Shown here: in pieces, positions 13,123 to 25,906 of the stretch
How positions within the stretch are numbered: position 1 is the first letter of the stretch
Layout of the letters: each line of letters begins with the position of its first letter
Source: Octopus bimaculoides
Taxonomy: Eukaryota
DNA: 64,000 nt
NCBI RefSeq assembly: GCF_001194135.2
Contig: NC_068988.1
Location: 13,085,985-13,149,984, forward strand
Direction of reading: 5' to 3'
Program-made: the position numbers and the translations under genes
The notes under the pieces: generated by a model
What the model was told of the DNA's origin: nothing
What the model saw: only the letters and a program-made list of their open reading frames with translations
Database searches by the model: none

Positions 13123-14518
13123 GTGTGTGTTTGTATATATGTATGCATATATATATATATGCATGTGTGTGTGTGTGTGTGAGTATGTATCTGTTTGTAT
13201 ATATTTGAGTGTGCATGAATGAGTACATATATATAAATATGTGTGTGTGTTGACCTATTATCAAAAGGGCTTCGATCATGACCATTTTGGGTTTCTTTTA
13301 AGGCATAGAGTATCTATGACTTCTTTATATGCGTCCTTTTTTAATGTAGCATGTGATTTGAGGGAGAGATAAGTGGTTGTTCTTTGTATGTCGAGAGCTA
13401 CCGCATTGTCACCCTCTTAGAGACTCGTGATTTAGTATATGTGTGTGTGTTTGTAGTTTGTTTATAGGTGTGTTCTTATATGTAAATCAGTTTGTGTTTG
13501 TAATGTGTGTTTGTGTGCAAGTATTTAATATGTAACACATTCATGTGATGATGCATACTCGCATTTACACATATATCGATGTACCTATTCATTTCTACAA
13601 TTGCTTACAAACAACGTCCCTCCCCCACTCTCGTATTTGTTTATAATCGCAATGATCAACAAGTATAACTTTTAAAAGCAATTTTTCTTTTTATATTATT
13701 GTAAATTTACGCTGATGCATTTTTCTTTTCCAATGATTGATACACTGCGCTTTCTACTGTAGTAGAGCGGGACAATTTCATGAGGAATCAGCTTGTCTTC
13801 TGCTACTATTTTGTGACTATAGAATATTACAATGTGCTGTTCGAAGAGGCGGGGATTAGATTGTTTAATTATATGCAGTTTATATTTTTAAAGCATGTAA
13901 ATTTATTATCTTTCTTTCATATAAATTTATTTCAATAAATTGAAAGTTTGATCATATTTCTTTCATTTCTGTTTTCTTTCTTTCTGCCTTGTTTTTACTG
14001 TTTTGATTCCCTCCTATACAAACACCACCTTGATCAACTACAAATGTTTCCACTTGTTGGTGGAAGGAGATCCCACCCATCTCTATCCTAAATTTCGTCT
14101 TTTCTCTCTATCCTGTTTCTGTCACTCTATTTCATTGATTTATTGCATTCTTGAAAAGTGTTCGTTCGTTCGTTCCAAGCATCCTCCCCACAGACCAGAA
14201 TCTCAGCTCGGTCACCGTATATCTCTATTTTCGCCGACACCCTACCTACTAATTTTTCTTATTTAGACCGAGACATGTGCTAAGAACTGCTCAAAAAGCT
14301 AAACTGACTGATCCTCAGAATTATTCAAACACCTCTCTGTACATTTTCTATGTTTTTAACCATCACCAAGTAGCAAGTGTGCCAGCCATCATTCATTGCT
14401 AATCAGATCAAGTGTTGGGTATAACTTTGAACTACTGACTGCCGCTTATAACTAACTTCCATCACAACTGCGTTGTCTCTTCATGCCGATTGTTGAATAG
14501 TCAAATTTTGCCCTTTAG

Positions 14519-14617
14519 TTAACGGTGTATTTCTCAAAAATGTTACCTATGGATACTTCAACTCTTCCAGCTATGGTGCAGAAGCCTGCAACACTTCTGG
14601 GAAATAAGCTTTTTCAG
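14519..14617 (+). CDS. Candidate exon LTVYFSKMLPMDTSTLPAMVQKPATLLGNKLFQ (possible ATG at 14540)
   Basis: Acceptor ttttgccctttag, donor CAG|gtatta, 99 nt open; overlaps a competing minus-strand candidate. Confidence 0.25.
14547..14596 (-). CDS. Candidate exon (R)SVAGFCTIAGRVEVSI
   Basis: Acceptor cttatttcccag, donor TAG|gtaaca; phase-compatible with 8448-8494. Confidence 0.2.
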
Positions 14618-15436
14618 GTATTAGAAAAAAAAAAAATTTTTTAAAATTTTGTTAACATTACTTTCACTTTATATGTCGTGATATTGATTGACAGTATCTC
14701 CGAAAAGCTTGTCATTCATTCAGTGTCAACCCTTCCTCAACCCTTATACTACTTCCTCTGTTTCCGCCTCCTTATAATTTGCTTGTCATTTCAATTTTTT
14801 GTTGTGTTGACTCTCTCATTTGTGTATATATGTATCACTACCTCTCACCTCCTTTCACTTTCTCTTATCTCATTGCTCCCTCTCGTGTAGTTAGCAGCAC
14901 TAAAAAAAGCTTCACTTCAACGTCACTTGATTCATCTCTTTTACCTTAGAGTGAATTAGTTATTTGTATATACCTTTGCGAGAGATTTTACTGTCTGCTT
15001 TTCTAAATTCCAGATATTCTTAATTTATTTCTTTAGAACTGATAACGAGAACTTTATAATTAATTAGCTCATTAAGGCAATAATATCATGAATAAAATCT
15101 CAGTGATCCGTGCTATAAATAACAAACCAACAGTTAGAGTGATTCTTTGTTTTTATAAGAAAGAAATGTTTGTTTCTAATTATTCATTTTGCAAAAACTG
15201 TTTTTGTTTGTATGTGGGGGAGGTATATTATATTTAGAAAAAGAAATAATATATTCATTTAAAATTACTGGAATTGCATAGCGTTTGTTTCATTTATTTA
15301 TAAAATTATCTGTCGGTATATATAAAATACGTTGAGTATGTGTATGTTTTTATATATTTATGTATATAAAATGTTTAATGTAGATATTACCTTACGTTTT
15401 CCCTTACACTTAGTAACTGAAACAGACGAATATATA

Positions 15437-15480
<44 letters not shown>

Positions 15481-15865
15481 GTGCTGACTTATTTATAGTG
15501 AGACATGTTTTAAAAACAATTTTCTGTGGTATAAGATAAACTTTATTTAAAATGTATCACATGAATAATGGTTTACATTATTTGCATTAGCATAATAGAG
15601 TGATAACTTAATAAATGGACCCAGGTGAAGGACCTGTTAATCGCACAACGATATTGGTGGAATATATACCACGCGCGCGCACGACTGTATATGTGTATTC
15701 TATAAATAGAAATTTTCGTTACATGAATATAGGAAGAGAAAATTGGAAGATGATGTTGTATAACATGTAATGTATAACAATTAAATGTGTAGTAACTTTA
15801 ACCTATACATGCATAAAAAAAATTGTTCTAAAAGCTAGGCATTTAGAATGGTGCAGTGTGTGCGT

Positions 15866-15867
15866 GC

Positions 15868-15965
<98 letters not shown>

Positions 15966-16228
15966 ATATATGTGTGTGTATATATGTGTGTATATATGTG
16001 TGTGTGCATATATACGTGTACGTGTGTGTATATGTGTGTGTATATACGTGTATGTGTGTGCATATTTGTGTGTATATGTATGCATATATATGTACGTGTG
16101 TGTATATGTACGTGTGTGTATATATGTATGTGTATATATGTATGTATGTGTATATATGTATGTGTGTGTGTATATATATATGTATATGTGTGTGTGTGCG
16201 TGTCTATATCTGTGTGAGTGTGTGTGTA
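15866..16228. repeat. Compound (TA)/(TG) microsatellite
   Basis: Direct observation; source of the CVCV/HTHT ORFs. Confidence 0.95.
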
Positions 16229-16751
16229 TTTTCATTCAATTTGTTGAATGGAATCTTGACAGTGCATAAAAAAACTCTTTCCTTAATTTCATGCAACTCT
16301 CAAATGACGAGCACGTGAAATTATCTTGTCGAAAGTTCAACTCCAACACAAATTCTTCTCTAATTTCTAAATTCTTCGTATTCATGAAGAATTTTCAAAA
16401 TTGGATACATTTGTCTGTGATGAATAGAATCTTAAACTCTAGTTGTCATCTTTTCCCGTAATAATTGGAATGGTTCAGCTATCAAGCTAACCAGAAGATC
16501 GCATTTTACCACCGATTATCACACGTTCTATTCCGATCAGTCTCAGATATGTTTAAAATTGAATTATGATCAAGGTTTTTACTGTTTTCGTTTTCGGAGA
16601 TGCTAATTTTGTCGTTTATTGTCAAAATGCATTTTATAAAAATTTTTTATTCTTTATACACACTCATTTCCGCGAAGAAAATACGTGCACGTTATGAAGC
16701 AAGTGTCACAATTCTATTTTTCAAAAGCAATTTTAACTTGTCATACATTTT

Positions 16752-17111
16752 TGTATGTGTATATATGTGTGTATACGTGTGTGTGTGTATGTGTGTGTAT
16801 ATGTGTATGTGTGTGTATGTGTGTATATATATGTATGTGTGTGTACGTGTGTATATATGTGTGTGTATATATATGTATGTGTGCGTGCATGTATGTGTGT
16901 ATATATATGTATGTGTGCGTGCATGTATGTGTATATATGTATGTGTGTATGTGTTTGTGTGTATATGTGTGTGTGTATATGTGTGTGTATATATGTATGT
17001 GTATATATGTATGTGTATATATGTGTGTGTATATATGTGTGTGTATATGTGTGAGTGTGTATATATGTGCGTGTGCGTGTATGTACACACATGCATATTT
17101 ATAGACACATT

Positions 17112-17149
<38 letters not shown>

Positions 17150-17180
17150 CATACATTCACACACACACACACACATATCT
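16752..17180. repeat. Compound (TG)/(TA)/(CA) microsatellite
   Basis: Direct observation. Confidence 0.95.
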
Positions 17181-17184
17181 GCCA

Positions 17185-17640
17185 CTGTTCACAACCCTCC
17201 GCTCCACTTACACCCTGAACATCATCTCTCTACTTTCTGATCTATCTTCAGATTTATGATGCTGTTGCTCTTCACAATTCTTATGCCACTGCTTGCCATA
17301 TCTCCCCCTCTTGTATTCCTCTCACCTCCTCCCTCCGTAATGATATTTATCATCAACCCCATTTCTAACTGTTCACCACTCACTACATCAACCTCTAGCC
17401 CCCATCTCGAACCATCTGTCATCCTCCTCCCACACTCTTATGAAATTGTCCACTTCCACCCTTTCCCCTTCAAGATCTGTTATCTATATACTCCCTTATA
17501 TTCACCTTCTGGTACCTTGAGAGTATGCTCTGGGACCTCATCGCTACCATCTTTATCTCCCTTCCATCTACTCTCACCCATGCTTACATAATGTGAGGTA
17601 GCCATGTATCTCCTCTGTAGCAAGACACTGGTGCCCAATC
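17185..17640. repeat. CT-rich dispersed repeat, probably associated with Penelope-like elements
   Basis: Homologous to 19480-19900 (shared catcatctc-ctactttctgatcta and gtaccttgagagt-tgctctgg blocks). Confidence 0.6.
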
Positions 17641-17675
17641 TATCCAGCATGGAAAATGGATGTTAAATTGTGGTG

Positions 17676-17715
<40 letters not shown>

Positions 17716-17719
17716 TATA

Positions 17720-17912
17720 AGTTCAAAAAAAGACAAACAATAACGAAAAAACAACAAAGTGAGGACGTGATACGGATAGTGTTATTAGACACTCGGGAAA
17801 GGAAAGAGAGAGAGTATGACGTTTCGGGCGGAGCCCTTCGTCGGAAAGACGGAAAGTTCAAAGAATGGAAAAACGGAGGAAGAAAAAATCGGCACCGATG
17901 CCCACGAGGTTA
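17720..17912 (-). mobile_element. Penelope-like element terminal repeat with a hammerhead-like motif
   Basis: Minus strand 17844-17818 reads CCGACGAAGGGCTCCGCCCGAAACGTC; CpGs intact. Confidence 0.6.
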
Positions 17913-18389
17913 CATTGTGGAAATATATATATATATATATATATACATATATATGTACGTGAGTTGTCTAAGAGACCATAAGTCAAGGAAATGTCAGGGC
18001 AGATCCTCAAGGTAAGAGCTAAAAGCTGACAAGAGAACAAGGAGTGTGCATTCACTGTACTCATCCTTCAGCTCCACCCAATCTCTACAGTCATCACCTA
18101 CTCTCCCCTACCTTCCCTCTATTTATCATCAACACTCCTTGAGGGTCCACCATTGAACTTCATCAACACTATTATCTCGCTTTCCAATCCCATCTTGGTT
18201 ACTTCCACTCATTCTTCGATGATGTGAGTAGCATTATAGCTGTTCTCTAGTGAGAAACCCATTTTGTTCTTACCCCTTTTCATAGTTATTGCTTAGCAGA
18301 GAGTTTCTTCCTCTACAATAGCCACACTCAGTTGAAAATCTTATTTTTGTGAGCTTCATAGTGACTTCACTAGTGCTGGAATCAGGAGA

Positions 18390-18552
18390 GAAAGCAACCA
18401 ATATGGTCTGTGAAATGGTTGGCATTAGGAAGGGCACCCGGCAATAGAAACTATGCCAAAACAGAGATTGCAACACAATGCAGTTCTCAGGCCTGTCAGA
18501 TACTGCCAGTTATCTGAAACCATTCCAGTATGGAAGTTGAATGATAATGATG
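18390..18552 (+). mobile_element. RTE-type 3' tail fragment
   Basis: ggttggcattaggaagggcacccggc...gaatgataatgatg. Confidence 0.65.
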
Positions 18553-18554
18553 TC

Positions 18555-18680
18555 TATATATGTGTATATATATATATGCGTGTGTGTGTATGCATGTATG
18601 TGTGCATGTGTGTTTATAAATGTATACGTAGCTGTATAGTTATGTTAGTGTGTGTATATATGTATATTTGTGTGTGTGTG

Positions 18681-18729
<49 letters not shown>

Positions 18730-18842
18730 TTATGTATATGTGTGTGTGTGTTTGTGTATGTATGTGTGTTTGTATATGTGTGTGTGTGTGTGTGTGTTTG
18801 TATATATATATATATATGCGTATTTTTGTTTATATATATATT
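18555..18842. repeat. Compound (TG)/(TA) microsatellite
   Basis: Direct observation. Confidence 0.95.
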
Positions 18843-19199
18843 GGCAATCCAATGATTTATTTATATTATATTACATGATATACTATGAATGTAATATAAC
18901 ATAATATTATATAACATAAGCAATTATTAAAAAAAGGAAACCTAAAAGGCCAACAAATTGTTTCGACTTATAAACATTTTCTGATATGCATTCACAATAA
19001 TAGTTCCCTTTAAACCATGACCCTGAAGTGACATATATATAAGGGAACTGCTATTGTATTTGTATAGCAGAAAATGTATAAATACTGATTGTAGCAGCCA
19101 AGCAGTGCCTTAGTGAGAAAAGGGATGAATATTAAGAGGATGAAATATGGAGACAACTTGATAGGCAACAATGTAAGGCACTGCTTGGCTGTTATAATC

Positions 19200-19900
19200 A
19201 CTATATAATTTCATCCCCTATTTTTTGTGCTACCAGTTCCCTCCTTCTTCCTCTGGAACCACTTCCTATTAACTTCCGTACCTTATTCTCATTATCATCC
19301 CTTCCCACACTATCTTTCACTGATCACCCTCTTTTTGTGCCTTTAGTTATTTCTCCTTCATAAGTCTGTCATGCCATATCTTTTAATACCCCTGATATGT
19401 TATCAATTTCAACATATCTGTGATCGATCCCACCCCACTATTTTACCCCACTCACTATAGCCACTCTTATGTACTTCTCACCTCCATCTCTATCACTATA
19501 TTTTACCCTCTTTCACCTCATTATTACACCCGGCACATCATCTCCCTACTTTCTGATCTACTTACAGGTTGCTATTTGTCACTACCTCCTTCCTGAGCCA
19601 CTTCTATATCTCTCTCTTCATCTCCATCATGTTACATCAACCACACCCCCAAGCTTGTTCACTAACAACATTCACCAGTACCCCCATCTCTAACCATCTC
19701 TTACGCTCTTCTCGTACTTTTTGGAAATTACCCAGCCTCTACTTCCCCATTGATTCACTGTCTATATTCTGTCATATATTCACTTTCTTGTACCTTGAGA
19801 GTTTGCTCTGGAACCTCATGACTACCATCTTCTTTCCAGCTACTCCTACCCTTATATAATGTGGGACATCCAGGTATCTCTTCTATAGTTAAACCCCTGT
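19200..19900. repeat. CT-rich dispersed repeat, second copy
   Basis: Similar to 17185-17640. Confidence 0.6.
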
Positions 19901-20099
19901 GCTTGTCTCTCTTTCATACACTAAACTCTCAATACTTGACAGGGTTGCATCTTGTTGCCATTTCAGTTCCTGATGGCAATCGATTTCACTGTGCAAAAAG
20001 TGATGTATTGCACTCGTTTCGGATTAATGTGAAGACTGGGCAAACTGACAGATTTGCATTTCATAAATGACTTGGGGCTAAGTCTTTGACAAAGATATG

Positions 20100-20760
20100 C
20101 CGCAAACCCTGACAGCCAGTACAGTTTGGGAATTAGAGCAGTTCTGCTGATTAGCAGTGGAAAAGCCAAAGCCATGTCAGTTGGTGGAGCCCAAGCATAA
20201 CTTGTCAATCTTGGAGAAGATGAAATCGAGCATGTCTAAATTTGCAGATCTTAAAAGCTGTATTTTTGAGGGTGATGCAGAAGATGAAGTCTGAACCAGG
20301 ATAGGTGATGCAATGTCAGTATGCCATTACCTTTGTCCAACATGGAAATCAAAGACCATCAGGAAGAAGATAAAGCTGCAGCTATACTCATCTCTTGTTA
20401 AAGCAACAGCCATCTACACCTGTGAAACCTGGAAGAAGACAGCAAAGATTTCTCAATTGCTGGATGTGTTACACTGATACTGCCTACATTCAACGTTGGG
20501 CATCTTTTACCAGGACAGTGAGAAATGAAGAGATGATAAGAGCTGTCATGAGAAGCTTGCAGGAAAAGGTAACTAAGTGGCTAATACGGTTTACTGGCCA
20601 TGTGTTTCGATTACAACAGGAAGGACATGCTACCATTGGGATGGAGTAGATGCCAGAAGGAGGAAAAAGACTGAGTGGAAGACCAAAGAAGCTATGGTTC
20701 AGTATACTTTGGAAATGGAGAGGGTCAGAGTAGGGTGGTCAAGGAAGTGAATAGAGTTTT
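20100..20760 (+). mobile_element. Decayed RTE-clade LINE, RT C-terminal part
   Basis: KKIKLQLYSSLVKATAIYTCETWKKT...RFTGHVFR...GRPKK with stops and frameshifts. Confidence 0.8.
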
Positions 20761-20764
20761 CATA

Positions 20765-21110
20765 GATGGAAGATGTAAATTAGTGAAATGGGTGGAAAGA
20801 ACTAACAAAGAAATGAAAGTGTTTATCTCCTTTCAAGAAAAAGAGAGAGTTGGCCCCAAAACAGTCATCAGTATGATTATACAGCTCTGGAGTGGGAATG
20901 GTGAACTGGGAGAAGACCTGGGATTTAATGTAGCCAACAAACTGGCATAGGTGGGTCCCTTCTTCATTCCCATGGCCACTCCAGTGATCTGCTCGTAGAT
21001 CTTGCCTGCAAAGGAAAAACATTTGAATGTGAGAATAAGCTTGACTAGACAAAGGAGACTGGAGTTACTGGGATAGAGTGGTGCATACATTGAGACAGGG
21101 ATGATCAGGG
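20765..21110 (-). mobile_element. Penelope-like RT fragment
   Basis: LVKLILTFKCFSFAGKIYEQITGVAMGMKKGPTYASL, a PLE RT motif. Confidence 0.8.
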
Positions 21111-21523
21111 CTTGAATACCTTAACCTGTATGAATTGGTCATGTGAATTACGTATCACCACACTTATTAATTTTTTTTTTAAAAGCACATAGCTTAACTG
21201 ATATTTTTTGCTTTTTAAGCAGAAAAACTGTTTTATGAGTGATGTTTTATAGTTTATTTAAGTACTAGGTTCATGAATTATAGAGTTCATAAAGTGCCTA
21301 TGTTACTCTATTCTCATTTTAGTCAGAAAATTTATGTCATTTTCTATTTCCTACTGACAGAGCAAAGATCACTCCACAAATTTATACAAAAATCTTTGAT
21401 GCATTGGAAAATTTTTGGGTTCATTAAATCTATTTTTACTTTAATAAAGAGAAAATTATTATTATTTTCTTTTTTTTTGTTTCTCCTACATTTAGGAGAA
21501 AAAGGGATCTATACTGGTCTTAG

Positions 21524-21601
21524 AGTGATTGTGAAATATGTGGCAGAGCTCTTGAATGGCAGAAACCTTCACGATTTGAGCCAATCAAAGAACTAAAAAG
21601 T
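21524..21601 (+). CDS. Candidate exon SDCEICGRALEWQKPSRFEPIKELKS
   Basis: Donor AGT|gtatgt; protein-like composition; acceptor ambiguous (21495 or 21523), see findings. Confidence 0.3.
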
Positions 21602-23721
21602 GTATGTATTAGTGTGGCTCAGTTTCTAAGGTACAAAGAATCCTCTGGTAAAGAAGTCAATTCCATCTATAGTTTCTGTTGATTGTTAATGAAGGGCAGC
21701 TCAAAGTACCCCTAAAGGTACAATACAAATATATATTATATGAGTCTGTTGTTTAGCCCCAGGTCAGGTTTGATTGAGCAGTTCTATGAACTAAGGTATT
21801 CAAGCTCTGATCATCCTGTCTTTGTTTAAGACATAGTGTATCCATGATAATGTAGTCTTGTATATACAATATCTCTTTCTTTTAAGGTGGTAGAGCTGAT
21901 TTTCTGCAGGTTTTCTTTGACTCATATTATAAAATGTATTCTTGTGAGGTAAGATTTGTTTATATTGTAGTATTTCAGTCACTAAAGAATTCTCCAAATA
22001 TAACACCTTTGTACTATTGATTCCTACAGCTAGAGCAAGACTGTGTAATCAATAACTTATCATTAGCAAAACCTTCCTTACGAGGCACTTAAATCTCAGG
22101 ACGTTGGCATTTTGAGAAAATGACAACAGAACCATCATATTCAATTGATTTCTTTGAGAAACTTCTACATTAGTTAGATGGCAAATAACTAGTTTATGAG
22201 GATGTAATTTTACTTTTCAAGAAGTGCTTGTAACGAGAGAACTAGAAAAATGTGATGTGAGCAGCCAGTATAGCTCTGAACAGAGGAAGTAAAACTGACA
22301 CTATTATCTGTAAAAGTAGATAAATAGTAGCTAATTGCCCTTAAAACAAAGACATTAATGTAGAAATAATTTTTCTTAGTGTAGGAAAGAAATGTTGTTA
22401 TACTGAGCTAATCAATATCTATTTGGCAAGGCTGAATGAAAACACTGTTAAAAATAAGTATCATATATGAGGTTATGCTAGAAATTTCTGAAGACTTTCT
22501 CATATAATATAAGAATACAATTGCTTTCAGTAATTACTCTTGTTGTGTATTGACCTGTAAAATGTAATCAATGAATTAGTTAAGGGATAAAAGTTAAGAC
22601 ATTAGTCTTCCTCACGCTTAATTAATTCAGTAGAAAGAAAATATTTGAAGCTGCAAACAGTTAACACCTAAGGTAGGAATTAATAAGAGATCATATATAA
22701 TGATAATCCACTGGACTAGTGGGTGTTTTCCTTTTGTATATCTGATTGATAAAATACTTGAAAATTTGACTGGCTTAGGGGATTTGTTTTTGTTTTCTCT
22801 TTTTAATGACAAGTCTTATTCACCTTTAATCATACACATATTGTCTTAGCATGCACAAATAACAACCATGGGAATCAACTCTTTTGGTTTTTTTCTTCTT
22901 TTTTTTTTTTTTTAGGAATGCTCAAAATTAATGAAGGGGATCTCCTAAATGAATGGTTTCTTCTTTAGGTAGCTTTGTCTTAATATAACTAAAAATAATA
23001 ATAATTTATTCACACAATTATAGCATTGATAATTATTATATTTAAACAAAACCTGTCTATTCCCCACTTATTTAAATCTACAACCTTGCATAAACTCACT
23101 AAGTTCTTTGAGGTTTGTTTTTATTGTTGTGAAATGTTTATGCAACACAAATAGTTTTGGTACTGTTTTTACCATTTCCATTAATAAATGAAGTTCATTT
23201 GTTTCAGTGCATTGTACTTATTATTTTGAAACATTTCATTTCTGTATGATGAATGTGAATATAATATTTCTAGACTGCCTGTCATAAGAATATAGAAATT
23301 TTCTCCATATACTTTTAATTACATTATTTCTATATTTATAAAAATTAAAGCCCATATCAGAGTTTGAAAAATATTTTCATAAAACTTGAGATAATTGAAA
23401 ATGTATTTGAAAAGCAGCTGTAAAACAACTTAGTACAATTTTTTTTTAATTTGGCATTAAATTTGAGTTATATGACAGAGGCATGGGAAGTTGTGGTAAC
23501 TACACATTTCTTAAAAGACAGTAGATCTAAAGCTGCTAAAGTTTCTATTGAAACAAATATTCTAATTTAAAAAGCAGTGTATAGATAATAAAGAATGTTG
23601 TTTTTATGCAATATGAAACGAAAATTGTTTAATTATATTACCAAAAGTATATTTTTATTTGCAATATCAATTTTAGAATAGGCATATTATATCTCTGTAT
23701 GTCATAAGATGTGATTAAAAG

Positions 23722-23860
23722 GGTTGGCAACAGGATGGGTATCCAGTTATAAAACACAACCTCAGAAAATCCATCCAACCCAATCCAGCATGGAAAACCA
23801 TCATCTGTTTTCCATGCTGGCATGGGTTGGACTGCTGGCATGTGGACATTAAATGCTGAT
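23722..23860 (+). mobile_element. RTE-type 3' tail fragment containing a fold-back inversion
   Basis: ggttggcaacaggatgggtatccag...ggacattaaatgctgatg. Confidence 0.7.
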
Positions 23861-25507
23861 GAAAAAAGCTGATCTGTTACACAATATTTAAGGCCACTAT
23901 TTCAAGATTTGGCCTGCATAAATAACAATGCAAAATCATTAAATATTTTCCTAAATCCTTAATTTCAGCGAGTATTAAAAGTGAGGTATCTTGATAAGAT
24001 TTATTTATTTTTACCTATATTATGTTAACGTCTTTTTTTTATTTTGGTTTTTTTTTCAAAGTTCCATGTCTGGCTAAAGACATTTCATGTGGTTTGATGC
24101 ATAATTAGTTTTTTAAAAAATCAATAAATTGGGTTGGCCATCTTAAATTTTTTCTCTACATCTATTGATTTATATTGCAGCATGACTTTGATTCTATTAG
24201 CAATTACCCACCAAAACAACAGGTCAATTGACTACATGGCAGCTTAATAAAGTTATTGACAGAATCACTTCTGTTTGCTAGGATATATCAAAACACAGGG
24301 CTTTGTTTTCAATAATTCAATTGTAGCTTCTTATCGTTCAATACAAAAGAAATTAACAATTACTGGTAGACAAAAATACTACAATGCACATGCACGTATG
24401 CAAATGTTTACACACACGTGTTGAATTATGTATGAGATTGTTATATTTATTGAAACAAGATATTTCTACCTGCTGCTACAAACCCACACATGCAAGCTTT
24501 TACATACAACTATACACAGGGTACAGAGATTCATGTGAATATTGTATAAAAACAAGAGAAATCCTTTTCAAGATCATCATCACCATCATGATAATGGTGG
24601 TGATGATTATCATCATTTAACAGGAAACCATTTTTGCGTGTAATTCTTTTGTACTTGATCACAATGTAGATATTTTGAAATAACAAATACTTAAATATGG
24701 ACTTTAGGTGTATTAACCTATATATCCCAGTGGCTTTCACTAGGTCAGGGTCATGATAGCATGCTATATATTAGTAAAAAAACCCCATTCATTGTTAATT
24801 CTCAATTTGGCTTTATTCACTCATACTTCTAAAATTAAGATTTTATTAAAATTGCACCCATCTATATTATGAAAAATTATAAGTTTCTGAGTTTGTGCTT
24901 AAATCTTTTATATTATTAGAATCCTTAACTTAATATTTTAGTTGTATTATACATTTCTTTATTTCTCATCAGTTTGAAGTTAAACTACAGTTAAATCTGA
25001 AGTTTGTGTAGATACGAGTAGCTCCTGTTCAGATTCACTATTTTGTTTGCATCACTTGTTTGCATCAAAAGTACTACTGTTGGTAATAGACTTAGCTTGT
25101 ACTCCCTAGTCCATTGTACTCCCTAGTCCATGTAATGATTGAAAAGTGGTCATGTTAGAACAATTCCCCATTGGCTTTTGAAGCCTGTGAGTAGATTTAA
25201 ACATACTATTTGTCCCTGTTTGCTACTGCGAAATTTATATCATTATGGTATAATTTTATAGGTAGATGTAATGGATCACTGAAGGTTAAGTACCATTACC
25301 AAATAGAACATTGATGATAGAATATCATTTTGAATGCTAAGCCAGTACTATCAACATATCTAGATCCAATTCTGTAATGCATTACTGACAAATGGCATAT
25401 TTTGTGTTATCACATGCTCTGTTGTAGTATACAGCAATACTTTCAAACATGATTTGATGCACACATGAGAATTGACTGCAAGAAATATGAAGTGTGTGTG
25501 TGTGTAT

Positions 25508-25906
25508 TCTTTTCTTTTACTTGTTTCAGTCATTTGACTATGGCCATGCTGGAGCACCACCTTTAGTTAAGAACAAACCAACCCCAGGACTTATTCTTTG
25601 TAAGCCTAGTACTTATTCTATCAGTCTCTATTGCCAAACTGCTAAGTTACGGGGACGTAAACACACCAACATTGGTTGTCAAGCAATGGTGGTGTTGGTG
25701 GGGACAAACATGCATACACACACACACACATATAGATAGATAGATATGACAGGCTTCTTTCAGTTTCCGTCTACCAAATCCACTCACAAGGCTTTGGTCA
25801 GCCTGAGGCTATAGTAGTAGACATTTGCCTAGGGTGCCACACGGTGGGACTGAACCTGGAACTATATGGTTGAGAAGCAAGCTTCTTACCACACAGCCAC
25901 TCCTGT
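25508..25906 (-). mobile_element. SINE family A, full length
   Basis: Head, (CA)n spacer and 3' module all present. Confidence 0.9.

Larger units (their letters stand above)
13270..17900. promoter_or_regulatory. CpG-retaining domain, candidate unmethylated promoter or intergenic island
   Basis: CpG is visibly frequent here (e.g. ccacgcgcgcgcacg near 15670, ttcgccgac near 14230) and rare in 1-12 kb and 18-43 kb; judged by eye, not computed. Confidence 0.4.

Noticed and set aside
15803-18904. Many long ORFs (up to 182 aa) on both strands
   Set aside because: They are translations of (TA)/(TG)/(CA) microsatellites (CVCV, YIYI, HTHT)
25097-25130. 17-bp tandem duplication ttgtactccctagtcca
   Set aside because: Ordinary slippage or excision footprint; two units do not make an array or CRISPR
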